Made by a program: the position numbers and the translations under genes
Notes under the pieces: model-generated
Seen by the model: only the letters and a program-made list of their open reading frames with translations
Told to the model about the DNA's origin: nothing
Database searches by the model: none
Origin: Macrostomum lignano
Taxonomy: Eukaryota
Length of the DNA stretch: 64,000 bases
Assembly (NCBI GenBank): GCA_002269645.1
Contig: NIVC01000717.1
Location: 248,001 to 312,000 of the forward strand
Direction of reading: 5' to 3'
Shown: in pieces, positions 14,800 to 29,054 of the stretch
Layout: every line of letters starts with the position of its first letter
Numbering within the stretch: position 1 is the first letter of the stretch

Positions 14800-17690
14800 A
14801 TATGCATATATTCTTATTCCGATTGATAACCTATGCTGATATGCACACAATATTCCGATCGATAACCTATGCTGATATGGACACATTATCCCGATTGATA
14901 ACCTATGCTGATATGGACACATTATCCCGATTGATAACCTATGCTGATATGCACACATTATTCCGATTGATAACCTATGCTGATATGCACACAATATTCC
15001 GATCGATAACCTATGCTGATATGCACACATTATCCCGATTGATAACCTATGCTGATATGGACACATTATCCCGATTGATAACCTATGCTGATATGCACAC
15101 ATTATCCCGATTGATAACCTATGCTGATATGCACACATTATTCCGATCGATAACCTATGCTGATATGCACACATTATTCCGATTGATAACCTATGCTGAT
15201 ATGCACACATTATCCCGATTGATAACCTATGCTGATATGCACACATTATTCCGATCGATAACCTATGCTGATATGCACACATTATTCCGATTGATAACCT
15301 ATGCTGATATGCACACATTATTCCGATTGATAACCTATGCTGATATGCACACATTATTCCGATTGATAACCTATGCTGATATGCACACATTATTCCGATT
15401 GATAACCTATGCTGATATGCACACATTATTCCGATCGATAACCTATGCTGATATGCACACATTATCCCGATTGATAACCTATGCTGATATGCACACATTA
15501 TTCCGATCGATAACCTATGCTGATATGCACACATTATTCCGATCGATAACCTATGCTGATATGCACACATTATTCCGATTGATAACCTATGCTGATATGC
15601 ACACATTATCCCGATTGATAACCTATGCTGATATGCACACATTATTCCGATCGATAACCTATGCTGATATGCACACATTATTCCGATTGATAACCTATGC
15701 TGATATGCACACATTATTCCGATTGATAACCTATGCTGATATGCACACATTATTCCGATTGATAACCTATGCTGATATGCACACATTATTCCGATCGATA
15801 ACCTATGCTGATATGCACACATTATCCCGATCGATAACCTATGCTGATATGCACACATTATTCCGATTGATAACCTATGCTGATATGCACACATTATCCC
15901 GATTGATAACCTATGCTGATATGGACACATTATTCCGATTGATAACCTATGCTGATATGCACACATTATTCCGATCGATAACCTATGCTGATATGCACAC
16001 ATTATTCCGATCGATAACCTATGCTGATATGGACACATTATTCCGATTGATAACCTATGCTGATATGCACACATTATTCCGATTGATAACCTATGCTGAT
16101 ATGCACACATTATTCCGATTGATAACCTATGCTGATATGCACACATTATCCCGATTGATAACCTATGCTGATATGCACACATTATCCCGATTGATAACCT
16201 ATGCTGATATGCACACATTATTCCGATCGATAACCTATGCTGATATGCACACATTATCCCGATTGATAACCTATGCTGATATGCACACATTATTCCGATC
16301 GATAACCTATGCTGATATGGACACATTATTCCGATTGATAACCTATGCTGATATGCACACATTATTCCGATTGATAACCTATGCTGATATGCACACATTA
16401 TTCCGATCGATAACCTATGCTGATATGGACACATTATTCCGATTGATAACCTATGCTGATATGGACACATTATTCCGATTGATAACCTATGCTGATATGC
16501 ACACATTATTCCGATTGATAACCTATGCTGATATGCACACATTATTCCGATTGATAACCTATGCTGATATGCACACATTATTCCGATTGATAACCTATGC
16601 TGATATGGACACATTATTCCGATTGATAACCTATGCTGATATGCACACATTATTCCGATCGATAACCTATGCTGATATGGACACATTATTCCGATTGATA
16701 ACCTATGCTGATATGCACACATTATTCCGATCGATAACCTATGCTGATATGCACACATTATTCCGATTGATAACCTATGCTGATATGCACACATTATTCC
16801 GATTGATAACCTATGCTGATATGCACACATTATTCCGATTGATAACCTATGCTGATATGCACACATTATTCCGATTGATAACCTATGCTGATATGGACAC
16901 ATTATCCCGATCGATAACCTATGCTGATATGCACACAATATTCCGATCGATAACCTATGCTGATATGCACACATTATTCCGATTGATAACCTATGCTGAT
17001 ATGGACACATTATCCCGATTGATAACCTATGCTGATATGCACACATTATTCCGATCGATAACCTATGCTGATATGCACACAATATTCCGATCGATAACCT
17101 ATGCTGATATGGACACATTATTCCGATTGATAACCTATGCTGATATGGACACATTATCCCGATTGATAACCTATGCTGATATGCACACATTATTCCGATC
17201 GATAACCTATGCTGATATGCACACAATATTCCGATCGATAACCTATGCTGATATGCACACATTATTCCGATTGATAACCTATGCTGATATGGACACATTA
17301 TCCCGATTGATAACCTATGCTGATATGCACACATTATTCCGATTGATAACCTATGCTGATATGCACACATTATTCCGATCGATAACCTATGCTGATATGC
17401 ACACAATATTCCGATCGATAACCTATGCTGATATGGACACAATATTCCGATTGATAACCTATGCTGATATGGACACATTATCCCGATCGATAACCTATGC
17501 TGATATGCACACAATATTCCGATTGATAACCTATGCTGATATGCACACATTATTCCGATTGATAACCTATGCTGATATGCACACATTATTCCGATCGATA
17601 ACCTATGCTGATATGCACACTTTATTCCGATTGATAACCTATGCTGATATGCACACTTTATTCCGATCGATAACCTATGCCTACACATGT
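14800..17690. repeat. 36-bp satellite, ~80 copies
   Basis: The unit is ccgat(t/c)gataacctatgctgatatg(c/g)acaca(t/a)tat(t/c), with four recurrent two-state sites and no unique spacers. Confidence 0.97.
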
Positions 17691-19347
17691 CGTTTGCTAA
17701 CCTATACATGTACGTTATATTACGTGCATACGATAACCTATAATACTTATGTAATGTGCATCGTGCGTGGTATAACTTTGCCAAATGATTTTACTCAACT
17801 CGAACAATGCTAATTAACCGCTTCTAGAAATGCTTGCTGTCTTTTTCATGATGCTGTTATTATGCAACAAATTAATTTTTCATTTTAAAGTTTCAATTTG
17901 TTTAACTTAAACTAATACTCAGCAACATTGAAAAGTCGCCACTCTACGCGCCAGTGAGCAATGTCTCTGGGACTATTCTGAAATAAAATATATGAGAAAA
18001 CTGATCGGTGTAGCTTCAGTCCGTCCAACCCTCGCACACCACTCCCACTTCATTCATCAGCTCAAGTCCGGCGTAGCTGAGTTGCGTCACTCGCAAAGAT
18101 TGAGAGACTTTACCTGCACTATCAAAAGTGGCGACCACAGACGGAATCTTCTGTGATGGCGACTTTTCGTGTTTCTGAGTATAGCGACAATTAACCAATA
18201 AAGCTATCTAATTGCCAATGCTATCATAAGAAAGTTTTTGAAATGCTCTAAACTAAAAATAAGGATGCATAAATATTTACAATCCAGCAATTTTCTAGAC
18301 CAAACGAAGATCCGCAAAATGTTATATGTGCCTTTTTAAACAAACTTTTAGCAATTACATCTGAAATATAGTTGTTTTGTCTTCACACTGTGGTATCCAT
18401 CCGTTGCGAATGCTTTATCTGCCATCTAATTTAAATAAATATAAAAATTTTTGCAGAAGTGACCATCACAGAGAAGGTGTCATCTGGGAATTTACTGTTG
18501 ATTGTTATTGTCTTTGTTATTTTTTAAGTTTGAAAAAATATTGTAGTAAACATTAAAACGAATCACATTTTAGGAATCCGTTATTCAGAAGCAAATGAAA
18601 ACAATATTGGATTAATTTGCATGTATATTTGTATGTTTTTAATAATCCGATTAGAGAATTGGCTGAAAAGATAATAAAGAAGTATAAAAATGTGTTTCTG
18701 TTTTGATTACACCATCTTAATCTGCTGCTGAAGCGCAGTAGCAATGAATGTTCTTTTTAAATCAACATGACATTGAAGTCAATACCAATTCCAGAGTCAG
18801 AACCAATTTTCAAAGTAGAACTTTTTAGCTACTTAATTTAGAGGTCAGGACACGTTATACAGGTTCGATTTTTAAAATTAAAACTTTACTTCTTGATGTA
18901 GCTAACATGATGTTCTCGCATGATTCTGGTTCTGAAATCGCGTCGTGTAAAAACAGGATGAACAGCTTGTACAATAGTTAAACAAAAACATTTTAACAAA
19001 GTAAAAAAACTGTGATTAACGATTGAAATGAAAAGAAGCAGTGAAAAAATTACCGGGCCCAACCGGAACTTCTATAAGATTTTTTTTCGAGAGACCGAAA
19101 AAATTTTTTCATCGTTCGCGCAAATCAATGACAAAATTAAAGTGCAAACGATTCCAGTAGACGTTCTTTTGCTCACGAGAAGCTAATGAAAATATGACAG
19201 CTATATGAGTAGACAATGAGGTAGATTACGAGTATTTATGAGGGCCAACAGATGAGGTGACGATTTCTAAAATAGTTTTATTGGATAGTATGAGATGAAC
19301 AGCATTCCAGGACATCACTGCAACTGGGTCACTACCAGGAGGTTTCA

Positions 19348-22300
19348 TTACCCAGAGTGCAAACTGCAGCGGGCATCGGCCATGGAGCACAGGTTTCTCC
19401 ACTGCTGGTGCACCTTGCCACCGTAGTGCAACAGCTTCGGCTGTGCGGGCAGACGTGCCTCGTCGGCGTCAGAAGTTCGATTGACAGCTCCAATGTTGCT
19501 GGCATAGTACCAGAAATCCTGTCCAGAGATCAGAAACACGGTCGAGTCGCTGCGACGATAATACGCTGCATCCAAGGGCGTTACGAGCGGTTTCAAGTTG
19601 TTGGGAGCTTTCGGGAACATCCGGTTGAGCTTGACGTGTCTGACGCAACAGTTGTTCTTGCGCAGGGAGCCATTGTGCTGGAGCAGGTCGTACTCGAATG
19701 CCTGCAATTGAGAGTATAACGATATCTTCATTAGTACTTCAGAGTAATAAGTTGATCATATTTCAATTTCTGCAGGTCCACTTTTGAGGTTTATATTAAG
19801 CCGATAGGGTGTGTTTAATCCCACCATGAAACCTTCAATCTTTTCTGCTCAGCACTTCGACATGGCCGCTAGAACTCCAGTCTCTACCGACCCCCTCCTC
19901 GCCTAACTTTTTGTCGTCAAACAACTAAATTGTTAAGCCTCCTAGTTCTAGTTCAACGTCACTCACCCAGTCTCCTTTGATGAAGACGGCCGTTCTCTTG
20001 GCATAGTCATAGTAGGCAGCGTCAATCGATTCCGGAATGCCGTACTGTTCCCCAGTTCTCCGACCAAAGTCTGCAGATATGCGAGCCGCTGAGCTCAGCA
20101 GTGCACCGGTGGAGCTGTTCATCACGAAGTACTCGGCGCCTGGGTGGCGGTGGATTAAATTTGCGAAGTAGTTAGTATTAATAATTGTAGTTAATTACTT
20201 CCACCTCACGTGGAACACTTCTGCATGTGTCAGTGGAATTTCACTATGAAATACGAGTGAGATGCACGTGACCATGGAAACATTCGAGTAGAATGGATGT
20301 GTGAGAGGGTGAGAGGAAGTTAATTGAGAAACAATGAGAGAATGCCTCAGGGAGACTGCGAGTCGAAAAGAGTGAGAGACAAAGAGCGAGGAAAATGTTT
20401 GAGAGAAGTAGAGAGGGGGAGTGAGATAGAGCGGGGAAATGACAGAGGGTGAGGGGGTGAGAGAGGGTGAGGGGAGTGAGAGAAGGTGAGGGGAGTGAGA
20501 GAGGGTGAAGGGAGTGAGAGAGGGTGAGGGGAGTGAGAGAGGGTGAGGGGAGTGAGAGAGGGTGAGGGGAGTGAGAGAGGGTGAGGGGAGTGAGAGAGGG
20601 TGAAGGGAGTGAGAGGGGTGAGGGAGTGAGAGAGGGTGAGGGGAGTGAGAGAGGGTGAGGGGAGTGAAAGGGGGTGAGGGGAGTGAGAGAGGGTGAGGGG
20701 AGTGAGAGAGGGTGAGGGGAGTGAGAGAGGGTGAGGGGAGTGAGAGAGGGTGAGGGGAGTGAGAGGGGTAAGAGAAGGGATAGATAAGGTTAGAGAGGAG
20801 GAGATTAGATTAGGAAGGATTAGATTAGAATAGATTAGATTAGAATAGATTAGATTAGAATAGATATGATTAGATGAGATTAGATTAGATTAGAAGATTA
20901 GGAAGGTTAGAGAGGGGGAAGGTATAGAGTTAGATTGAGAGACTTCAAGGAGAATTCCATTCCCATTCTCTCACCAGAGAAAGCCAGGCTGATCAGCGCT
21001 CGCCCGTCAGGTGACTCCGCCTGCAAAACGGCGTCCACGCGATCCAAACGGCCGTCCAGCCCCGGCCACGCGCAGCCCAGACTGTCCGGGTAGCCGCCGC
21101 GACCTTGGGTCCACACGGAACCCCTGGAGACCACTCGAGTGTAGGATTCGAACCCGCGACCTAGCTCGTAGCGCCAATCGATGATGGCGTCGATTCTTGG
21201 AGAACAGGGACCTGCAAGTAGAGGGTTGCGAATTCTATGAAATTACTTGCATTGCATGTGTGAGCCACTGGACCGCTTTTTTTATTGTTCCTCCCTGTGT
21301 CCCGATATCCCACTACCCCTTCCACTCTCTCCTCTGCTCATCTCCTCTCTCCCCTCTCTCCATCATCTCCTATCTCTCCCTTTTTCTCCATCTCCCATAG
21401 CTCCATCTCCCATCTCCTTATCTCTCATCTCCCATCTCTCCTTCTCCCATCTCTCCATCTCCCCTCTCCCCTCATCTTAACCCACCGTATCTCTCCCGAA
21501 CCAGCCGGATCTCGTCCCTGCCAATCAGAGCTGCTGGGACACGAGATGTCGGACGCCGGAGCAGTGCCGGCCGAGCATTCACGCTAGACGGGTGCATAAT
21601 TGAGCTCAAGTGGGACGAGTGCCCCAGACCCAGCAGGTGTCCGATTTCGTGCACCAGCAGTCGCAGAAGGTGCACCGCTCCTCGTTGTCGAACAGGGCGA
21701 TTGTCGGACAGCTGTAATTCTTCCTCAATGTCGATGTGAATCGCCGAGGCGGCCTGCGTGTGCGCCGCGTCGCCTCCGGGGCCATCGAATCTGCGCTGGC
21801 AGTTGTGCGAGCCTGCGGCGGTGACAGCGGTGACTCATCAATCATTTTTATGCGCTTTTGTTTACAAGATTTATTGATAAAATCTCCCATTTTCTGCGCG
21901 TTTTTTAGAGGCCCTCACAGACACTTGCTCTCGTCTCATCTCTCTTTCTCTTATCTCTTCTCTCCCCATCAATTCTCCCTTATCTCTCTCTATCTCTCTT
22001 TTCCCTCCTTTTCCTTTCTTCCCCTCTCTTGCCCCACCTCTCTTCTCCCCTCACGTTTCCCCTCTCTTCTCCCATCTCTCTTCCCCCCTCTCTTCTCCCC
22101 TCTCTCTTCTCCCCTCTCTTCTCCTCTCTCTTCTCCCCTCTCCCTTCTCCCCCTCTCTTCTTCCCTCTCTTCTCCCCTCTCTCTTCTCCCCTCTCTTCTC
22201 CTCTCTCTTCTCCCCTCTCCCTTCTCCCCCTCTCTTCTTCCCTCTCTTCTCCCCTCTCTCTTCTCCCCTCTCTTCTCCCCCTCTCTTCTCCTCTCTCTTC

Positions 22301-25286
22301 TCCCCTGTCCCTTCTCCCCCTCTCTTCTCCCATCTATCCTCTCCCCCTTTCTTCTCCCTCTCTCTTCTCCCCTCGCTTTTCCCCTCTCTTTTTCTTTCTA
22401 TTCTCCCCCTCTCTTCTCATATCTCTCCTCTCCCCATCATTTCCCCTCATTTTCCCTTAAATGTACCTTTCTCTCCATCTCTCATTCTCCCTATTTACTT
22501 TCATCTCTCTTGTCTCCCGCATCCATAAAAAAATTTAATTCTGAACCTCAAAAACTAACTACACCAAAGCAAACGCAGACAGCTTGCTCAGACAGAGAAA
22601 GAAGAAGTGCACTATAGTCACGCATCCTGAAAAAGTAGTCTATTTTCGAGCTAACCCGGAAGGCGCCAAAAAGTCTGTCGCGATTGAGTTAAACAGCGCT
22701 CGCTAGCGGGGAGACCTACTCGTAGTCCCTGATACAGGTGCTCAAAAGGTATGTAGCCAACTATAGAAAAACACGCGCGCAAGCCACCAGTCTTTCCGGG
22801 TGGACTCTCCTCCTCTGCCGCCTCCCGCCCGACTCCTCAGATTTTTATTGCCCCTTCGATAGCCATAGCGGAATGGTCATCCCACCCAATCCCTCCAGGG
22901 GCTGTGTTTGTCCTGTCATTTCCTATCCGCATTTGAAATTGTAAAACAGTTTAAATTATTGTTCTTAATAGCTAACATTGGTCCTATTCAAAGTTTTCAA
23001 GGTAGCGTAGACCTATCAGATAATAATGATTTGAAATTTCTTACTTTTATTACACTAATTAGCCAACAATAATTGACTCGCCCATATTTCTCACCTTTAC
23101 GACACTAATTAGCCAACAATTATTGACTCGCCCCTATTTCTCACCTGTACGACACTAATTAGCCAACAATCATTGACTCGCCCCTATTTCTCACCTGTAC
23201 GACACTAATTAGCCAACAATCATTGACTCACCCCTATTTCTCACCTGTACGACACTAATTAGCCAACAATCATTGACTCGCCCCTATTTCTCACCTGTAC
23301 GACACTAATTAGCCAACAATCATTGACTCGCCCCTATTTCTCACCTGTACGACACTAATTAGCCAACAATCATTGACTCACCCCTATTTCTCACCTGTAC
23401 GACACTAATTAGCCAACAATCATTGACTCACCCCTATTTCTCACCTGTACGACACTAATTAGCCAACAATCATTGACTCGCCCCTATTTCTCACCTGTAC
23501 GACACTAATTAGCCAACAATCATTGACTCACCCCTATTTCTCACCTTTGCGACACGAATTAGCCAACAATTATTGACTCGCCCCTATTTCTCACCTTTGC
23601 AAAACTAATTAGCCAACAATCATTGACTCACCCCTATTTCTCACCTTTGCGACACGAATTAGCCAACAATTATTGACTCGCCCCTATTTCTCACCTGTAC
23701 GACACTAATTAGCCAACAATCATTGACTCACCCCTATTTCTCACCTGTACGACACTAATTAGCCAACAATCATTGACTCGCCCCTATTTCTCACCTGTAC
23801 GACACTAATTAGCCAAAAATAATTGACTCGCCCATATTTCTCACCTGTACAAAACTAATTAGCCAACAATCATTGACTCACCCCTATTTCTCACCTGTAC
23901 GACACTAATTAGCCAACAATAATTGACTCGCCCATATTTGTCACCTTAACGACACAAATTAAGTCAACAATTATTGACTCGCCCCTATTTCTCACCTGTA
24001 CGACACTAATTATCCAACAATCATTGACTCACCCCTATTTCTCACCTTTGCAACACTAATTAGCCAACAATTATTGACTCACCCCTATTTCTCACCTTTG
24101 CGACACTAATTAGCCAACAAATTTATTTGACTACTTTAACTAGACAGTAGTTTGAATTGCTTTAGTAACACAAACTGCATGTAGCTGAAAATTAAGGTTA
24201 ATTACTAATCTAGTATGCAATATTATTCGCACCTGTAAACCACCTATAAAATGCAGTGAATTTGCAACTCACCCCTGTAGAATCCGATTTCGATATCAGC
24301 TGTTCCCTCCTGCTCATTGAACACCTGACTGAACCGTAGTGGCGCCACCGAGGCCCAGAGAGAGAAGGCCCTGCGAATCAGCTTAGTCACCTGATTTCGA
24401 TTGAGTCGTTCGCTCATTCGGGCTAGACGCCAGCTAAGATTTCTAGTGTCGAATCGGCGAGGCTCGGCGTCCATCTCGACTCGAATCGGTGTGCTTCGTT
24501 TTGGTCGTCGGGCAGCTCTGCTGCTGCTGCTATCGAACTGCGCATCCGCCACTCCGCACCGACCCTCTCGCATGGCCGCCAGAGTTGCCAAGTCCAACAA
24601 GCCGGTCATTGGCAGCTGATAGACGGCCTGAAATTTGGAGACAGCCTCAGCTAAATCGATGGAGTCGAGAGCGGTCGAGTTGTCGATGTCGGAGCCGGAG
24701 TCGATTTCGTCGGTAGAGTTGCTGCTGTTGAGCAGAGCATGGATCTGTGCTGACGGCTCCAGAGAGTTCAGGTAGCCAAATTTCTGCAGGTAGGCCTAAC
24801 AGTTTTAATGATAGACTTTTATTAGACTGAGAGCATGAGACTGTGTTACATATCGGGGATATGGAGGAGAGAAGTGGGAATAGAAAATATGATTGAAGAA
24901 ATGACTGAATAGAGAGGGTTGAAGGGAAGAGTGAAGGGAGGGTTGAAGGGGGAGTGAAGGGAGGAGTGAAGGGAGGGTTGAAGCGGTGAGTGAAGATTAA
25001 AGAGAGGGTTGAAGGGAGGAAGGAATGAAGGAAGGGTATAGGTTAAAGGGAAGTTGAAAGGATTAGTAAATTCCAACAAATTAGCACTCACCACAGCCTC
25101 TCGTACTTCACCATCCGATAGCAAGCTTCCATTGCTGATTGCAGATTCAAAATCAACTGCTCGATTTTGAGTCTCATTCGAGTCAACAGTGCTCAAGGCT
25201 TTGGCAGGTCGAGCGTAGCAAGGAGCGCCACAGACCAGGAGCAGCAAGTACCCAATCAGAAGCGGCAATCTGGGATAGCAGGACAT
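19348..25286 (-). CDS. Secreted matrix metalloproteinase (M10A) with signal peptide, prodomain, furin site, catalytic domain and hemopexin domain; ~602 aa; MMP21-like features
   Basis: Exons (-) are 25092-25286, 24273-24795, 21486-21812, 20975-21211, 19967-20139 and 19348-19701. All are GT-AG with consistent phases (1809 nt). Motifs: signal peptide MSCYPRLPLLIGYLLLLVCGAPCYA, cysteine switch GRCGVAD, RRPKR, HEIGHLLGLGH, Met-turn SIMHP, hemopexin CSPRIDAI, IDAAYY, LDAAYY and QQWRNLC. AATAAA on the minus strand is at 19277-19282. Confidence 0.93.
20445..20770. repeat. 19-bp GA-rich tandem repeat, followed by (ATTAG)n at ~20805-20900
   Basis: The unit is ggtgaggggagtgagagag, ~17 copies, in an MMP intron. 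Confidence 0.9.
21920..22520. repeat. CT-rich low-complexity tract in an MMP intron
   Basis: It consists of degenerate ctcttctcccct repeats. Similar tracts lie at 21310-21480, 33020-33480 and 47970-48110. Confidence 0.9.
23050..24120. repeat. 50-bp tandem repeat, ~21 copies, in MMP intron 2
   Basis: The unit is gacactaattagccaacaatcattgactc(g/a)cccctatttctcacctgtac. Confidence 0.95.
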
Positions 25287-26094
25287 TTCTGTCAAAGAAA
25301 TTCTGTTTGTTGTCGATCAAATTATAATTTCACAGCAAATCTGCCTCTTATTTATAGACGAAAAAATGATAATTAAATTAATTGGCGCAGATGCTAAAGA
25401 GGCATAATTGCTCGGCTTGGAGAGGGATTCGATGACCCCAGGGCCGCTGTCTCAAAAACTCGAATTGCTACTTTTTCTGTCTACATTTTTTCTAGTCCAG
25501 ACTTTTGAAGACATTTTACTGAAGCTGGGGTCGGCGAGAATTCCGTTGGCTGAGCCAAAGGGCTCTTTATAGCCACCTCAGTTGCAGCCTACCTACGAGC
25601 TATAAGTTCTAAGGACAAATTTCGAATGAGGCGTCCAGGCCAGCTTCTTTTCTAATTTTTAAATTGTCTGTTCAAGAAGTGCATTAAAATTTCTTTGAAG
25701 TGCAATCCGAAACCTTTTTGCGGTTGTAAAATGCATCGGTTGAAAAAACTGAAATAAGTGCATCTGAAAGATAATCTCTAGAATAAGACAGCTTTTCTAG
25801 TTTAAAAAGGTTCAGTCAAACCTTCGCCAAGAACACTTGAGACAGGAATTCTAAGAAATGTTGAATTGTTCATTTCTGAATTCTGCTACTTTGAAGATTT
25901 TTCAAGTCTTTTTTAATGACATCCCGGCTTGAATTCTTGGAAAAATAATGAAATGTAACACAAAAGGTCAAGTATATTGTAAAATTGCAACTTCAAAAGA
26001 TTTTCCGAATACTTCTAAAATAGATTTCTCGGCGGAAATTTCACCTTTAATAGTGGTTTGAAAGGACTATACGAGTAATTAAGACTCGGCACTT

Positions 26095-28490
26095 GAGAAG
26101 TGAATCTCAATAAGACTCGGAGTTTAAGGAGTGAATCTCAATAAGACTCGGAGTTTAAGGAGTGAATCTCAATAAGACTCGGAGTTTAAGGAGTGAATCT
26201 CAATAAGACTCGGAGTTTAAGGAGTGAATCTCAATAAGACTCGGAGTTTAAGGAGTGAATCTCAATAAGACTCGGAGTTTAAGGAGTGAATCTCAATAAG
26301 ACTCGGAGTTTAAGGAGTGAATCTCAATAAGACTCGGAGTTTAAGGAGTGAATCTCAATAAGACTCGGAGTTTAAGGAGTGAATCTCAATAAGACTCGGA
26401 GTTTAAGGAGTGAATCTCAATAAGACTCGGAGTTTAAGGAGTGAATCTCAATAAGACTCGGAGTTTAAGGAGTGAATCTCAATAAGACTCGGAGTTTAAG
26501 GAGTGAATCTCAATAAGACTCGGAGTTTAAGGAGTGAATCTCAATAAGACTCGGAGTTTAAGGAGTGAATCTCAATAAGACTCGGAGTTTAAGGAGTGAA
26601 TCTCAATAAGACTCGGAGTTTAAGGAGTGAATCTCAATAAGACTCGGAGTTTAAGGAGTGAATCTCAATAAGACTCGGAGTTTAAGGAGTGAATCTCAAT
26701 AAGACTCGGAGTTTAAGGAGTGAATCTCAATAAGACTCGGAGTTTAAGGAGTGAATCTCAATAAGACTCGGAGTTTAAGGAGTGAATCTCAATAAGACTC
26801 GGAGTTTAAGGAGTGAATCTCAATAAGACTCGGAGTTTAAGGAGTGAATCTCAATAAGACTCGGAGTTTAAGGAGTGAATCTCAGTGAGACTCAACGTTT
26901 AGGAGCTGTGAAAAATCTCAGTGAAACTCAGTGTTTAGGAGTGAATCTCGATAAGACTCAGTGTTTAGGAGTGAACCTCAATGAGACTCAGTGTTTAGGA
27001 GTGAATCTCAATGAGACTCAGTGTTTAGGAGTGAATCTCAATGAGACTCAGTGTTTAGGAGTGAACCTCAATGAGACTCAGTGTTTAGGAGTGAATCTCA
27101 ATAAGACTCAATGTTTAGGAGTGAATCTCAATAAGACTCAATGTTTAGGAGTGAATCTCAATAAGACTCAATGTTTAGGAGTGAATCTCAATAAGACTCA
27201 ATGTTTAGGAGTGAATCTCGATAAGACTCAGTGTTTAGGATCAGCGAATCTCAATAATACTCAATGTTTAGGAGTGAATCTCAATAAGACTCAATGTTTA
27301 GGAGTGAATCTCAATAAGACTCAATGTTTAGGAGTGAATCTCGATAAGACTCAGTGTTTAGGATCAGCGAATCTCAATAATACTCAATTTTTAGGAGTGA
27401 ATCTCAATAAGACTCAATGTTTAAGGTGAACCTGAATAAGACTCAAAGTTTAGGAGTGAATCTCAACAAGACTCTGTGTAAGGAGTGAATCTCAATAAGA
27501 CTCAGTGTTTAGGAGTGAATCTCAATAAGACTCAATGTTTAAGGTGAACCTGAATAAGACTCAAAGTTTAGGAGTGAATCTCAACAAGACTCTGTGTAAG
27601 GAGTGAATCTCAATAAGACTCAGTGTTTAGGAGTGAATCTCAATAAGACTCAAAGTTTAGGAGTGAATCTCAATAAGACTCAGTGTTTAGGAGTGAAACT
27701 CAATAAGACTCAATGTTTAGGAGTGAATCTCAATAAGACTCGGAGTTTAAGGAGTGAATCTCAATAAGACTCGGAGTTTAAGGAGTGAATCTCAATAAGA
27801 CTCGGAGTTTAAGGAGTGAATCTCAATAAGACTCGGAGTTTAAGGAGTGAATCTCAGTGAGACTCAACGTTTAGGAGCTGTGAAAATTCTCAGTAAGACT
27901 CAATGTTTAGGAGTGAATCTCAATAAGACTCAGTGTAGGCAGTTAATCTCAATAAGACTCAGTGTAGGCAGTTAATCTCAATAAGACTCAGTGTAGGCAG
28001 TTAATCTCAATAAGACTCAGTGTAGGCAGTTAATCTCAATAAGACTCAGTGTAGGCAGTTAATCTCAATAAGACTCAATGTTTAGGGTTAATCTCAATAA
28101 TACTCAGTGTAAGAAGTTAATCTCATAAGACTCAGTGTTTAGGAGTCAATCTCAATAAGACTCAATGTTTAGGGTGAATCTCAATAAGACTCAAAGTTTA
28201 GGAGTGAATCTCAACAAGACTCTGTGTAAGGAGTGAATCCCAATAAGACTCAATGTTTAGGGTGAATCTCAATAAGACTCAATGTTTAGGGTGAATCTCA
28301 ATAAGACTCAATGTTTAGGGTGAATCTCAATAAGACTCAATGTTTAGGGTGAATCTCAATAAGACTCAATGTTTAGGGTGAATCTCAATAAGACTCAATG
28401 TTTAGGGTGAATCTCAATAAGACTCTGTGTTTAGGTGTGAATATCCGTGAGACTTAGTGTTTAGGAGTGAATCTTAGTGAGACTCATCAC
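26095..28490. repeat. 31/30/29-bp satellite family, ~2.4 kb
   Basis: A homogeneous block of gagtgaatctcaataagactcggagtttaag (31 bp, ~25 copies, ~26107-26875) is followed by 30-bp (..actcaatgtttagga) and shorter variants. Confidence 0.95.
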
Positions 28491-29054
28491 TTGAGAAATG
28501 AAGCTCAGCACTTAACTGAATCAGTCAGGCCCTTCTGACTTTCTAATCGTTAAGCATGTACACTGTCTGCGCTTTGGGAGTTGGTGTGAAGTCGCAGAGT
28601 CAAATTCATCATCTGACGATCGGGTATAAGAGAAGGTTAAATCAAGCGATACCATGCGACCCGACCGCGGGGCAATTGAAAATTTCGGCGGAAGAATGTA
28701 GCAATGCTCAGTAAAAGGTCTCGAATTCAAGTCGCAACGTCATGAATCCAGCAGACGTCGCCCCGTTACGCCTAGACGTCTAGACAATGGCGGCAAATTA
28801 ACCTTCGACTAGAGTGCCCCCAGACAAGTAATTAACCTAATTAACCTGTATGCTTGGAAAAATTCATTCGTTTGAAGTTTCCCGCCGCTAATTTAGCGAG
28901 CAAAATTATCTTGTAAACAACTTTGAGTCATCAAATTTTGCTCAATTATTGCACTAAAACGAAAATTTTATAGTGGTTTGAATTTCATAAATAAGAATTC
29001 ACGCCCAAAACTAGCTTACACAGGTATGACCTTAGTGGGTTTGTTGTCCACTTA

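Noticed and set aside
14673-17813. 1046-aa (+) and 1009-aa (-) ORFs
   Set aside because: They are translations of a stop-free 36-bp satellite, open on both strands, with no non-repeat domain or splice context.
21144-21154. tRNA T-loop/B-box GGTTCGAATCC on the minus strand
   Set aside because: It lies inside MMP coding exon 4 (RGFESY), with no acceptor stem or cloverleaf.
26875-27429. ORF resembling a pentapeptide-repeat protein (VNLNKTQCLG)n
   Set aside because: It is the 30-bp subfamily of a satellite whose neighbouring 31- and 29-bp units break frame, and it has no true ATG or gene context.
23050-28490. CRISPR-like appearance of the 50-bp and 31-bp arrays (also the 32-, 36- and 37-bp arrays)
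   Set aside because: The units are head-to-tail with no unique spacers, there are no cas genes, and the context is eukaryotic.
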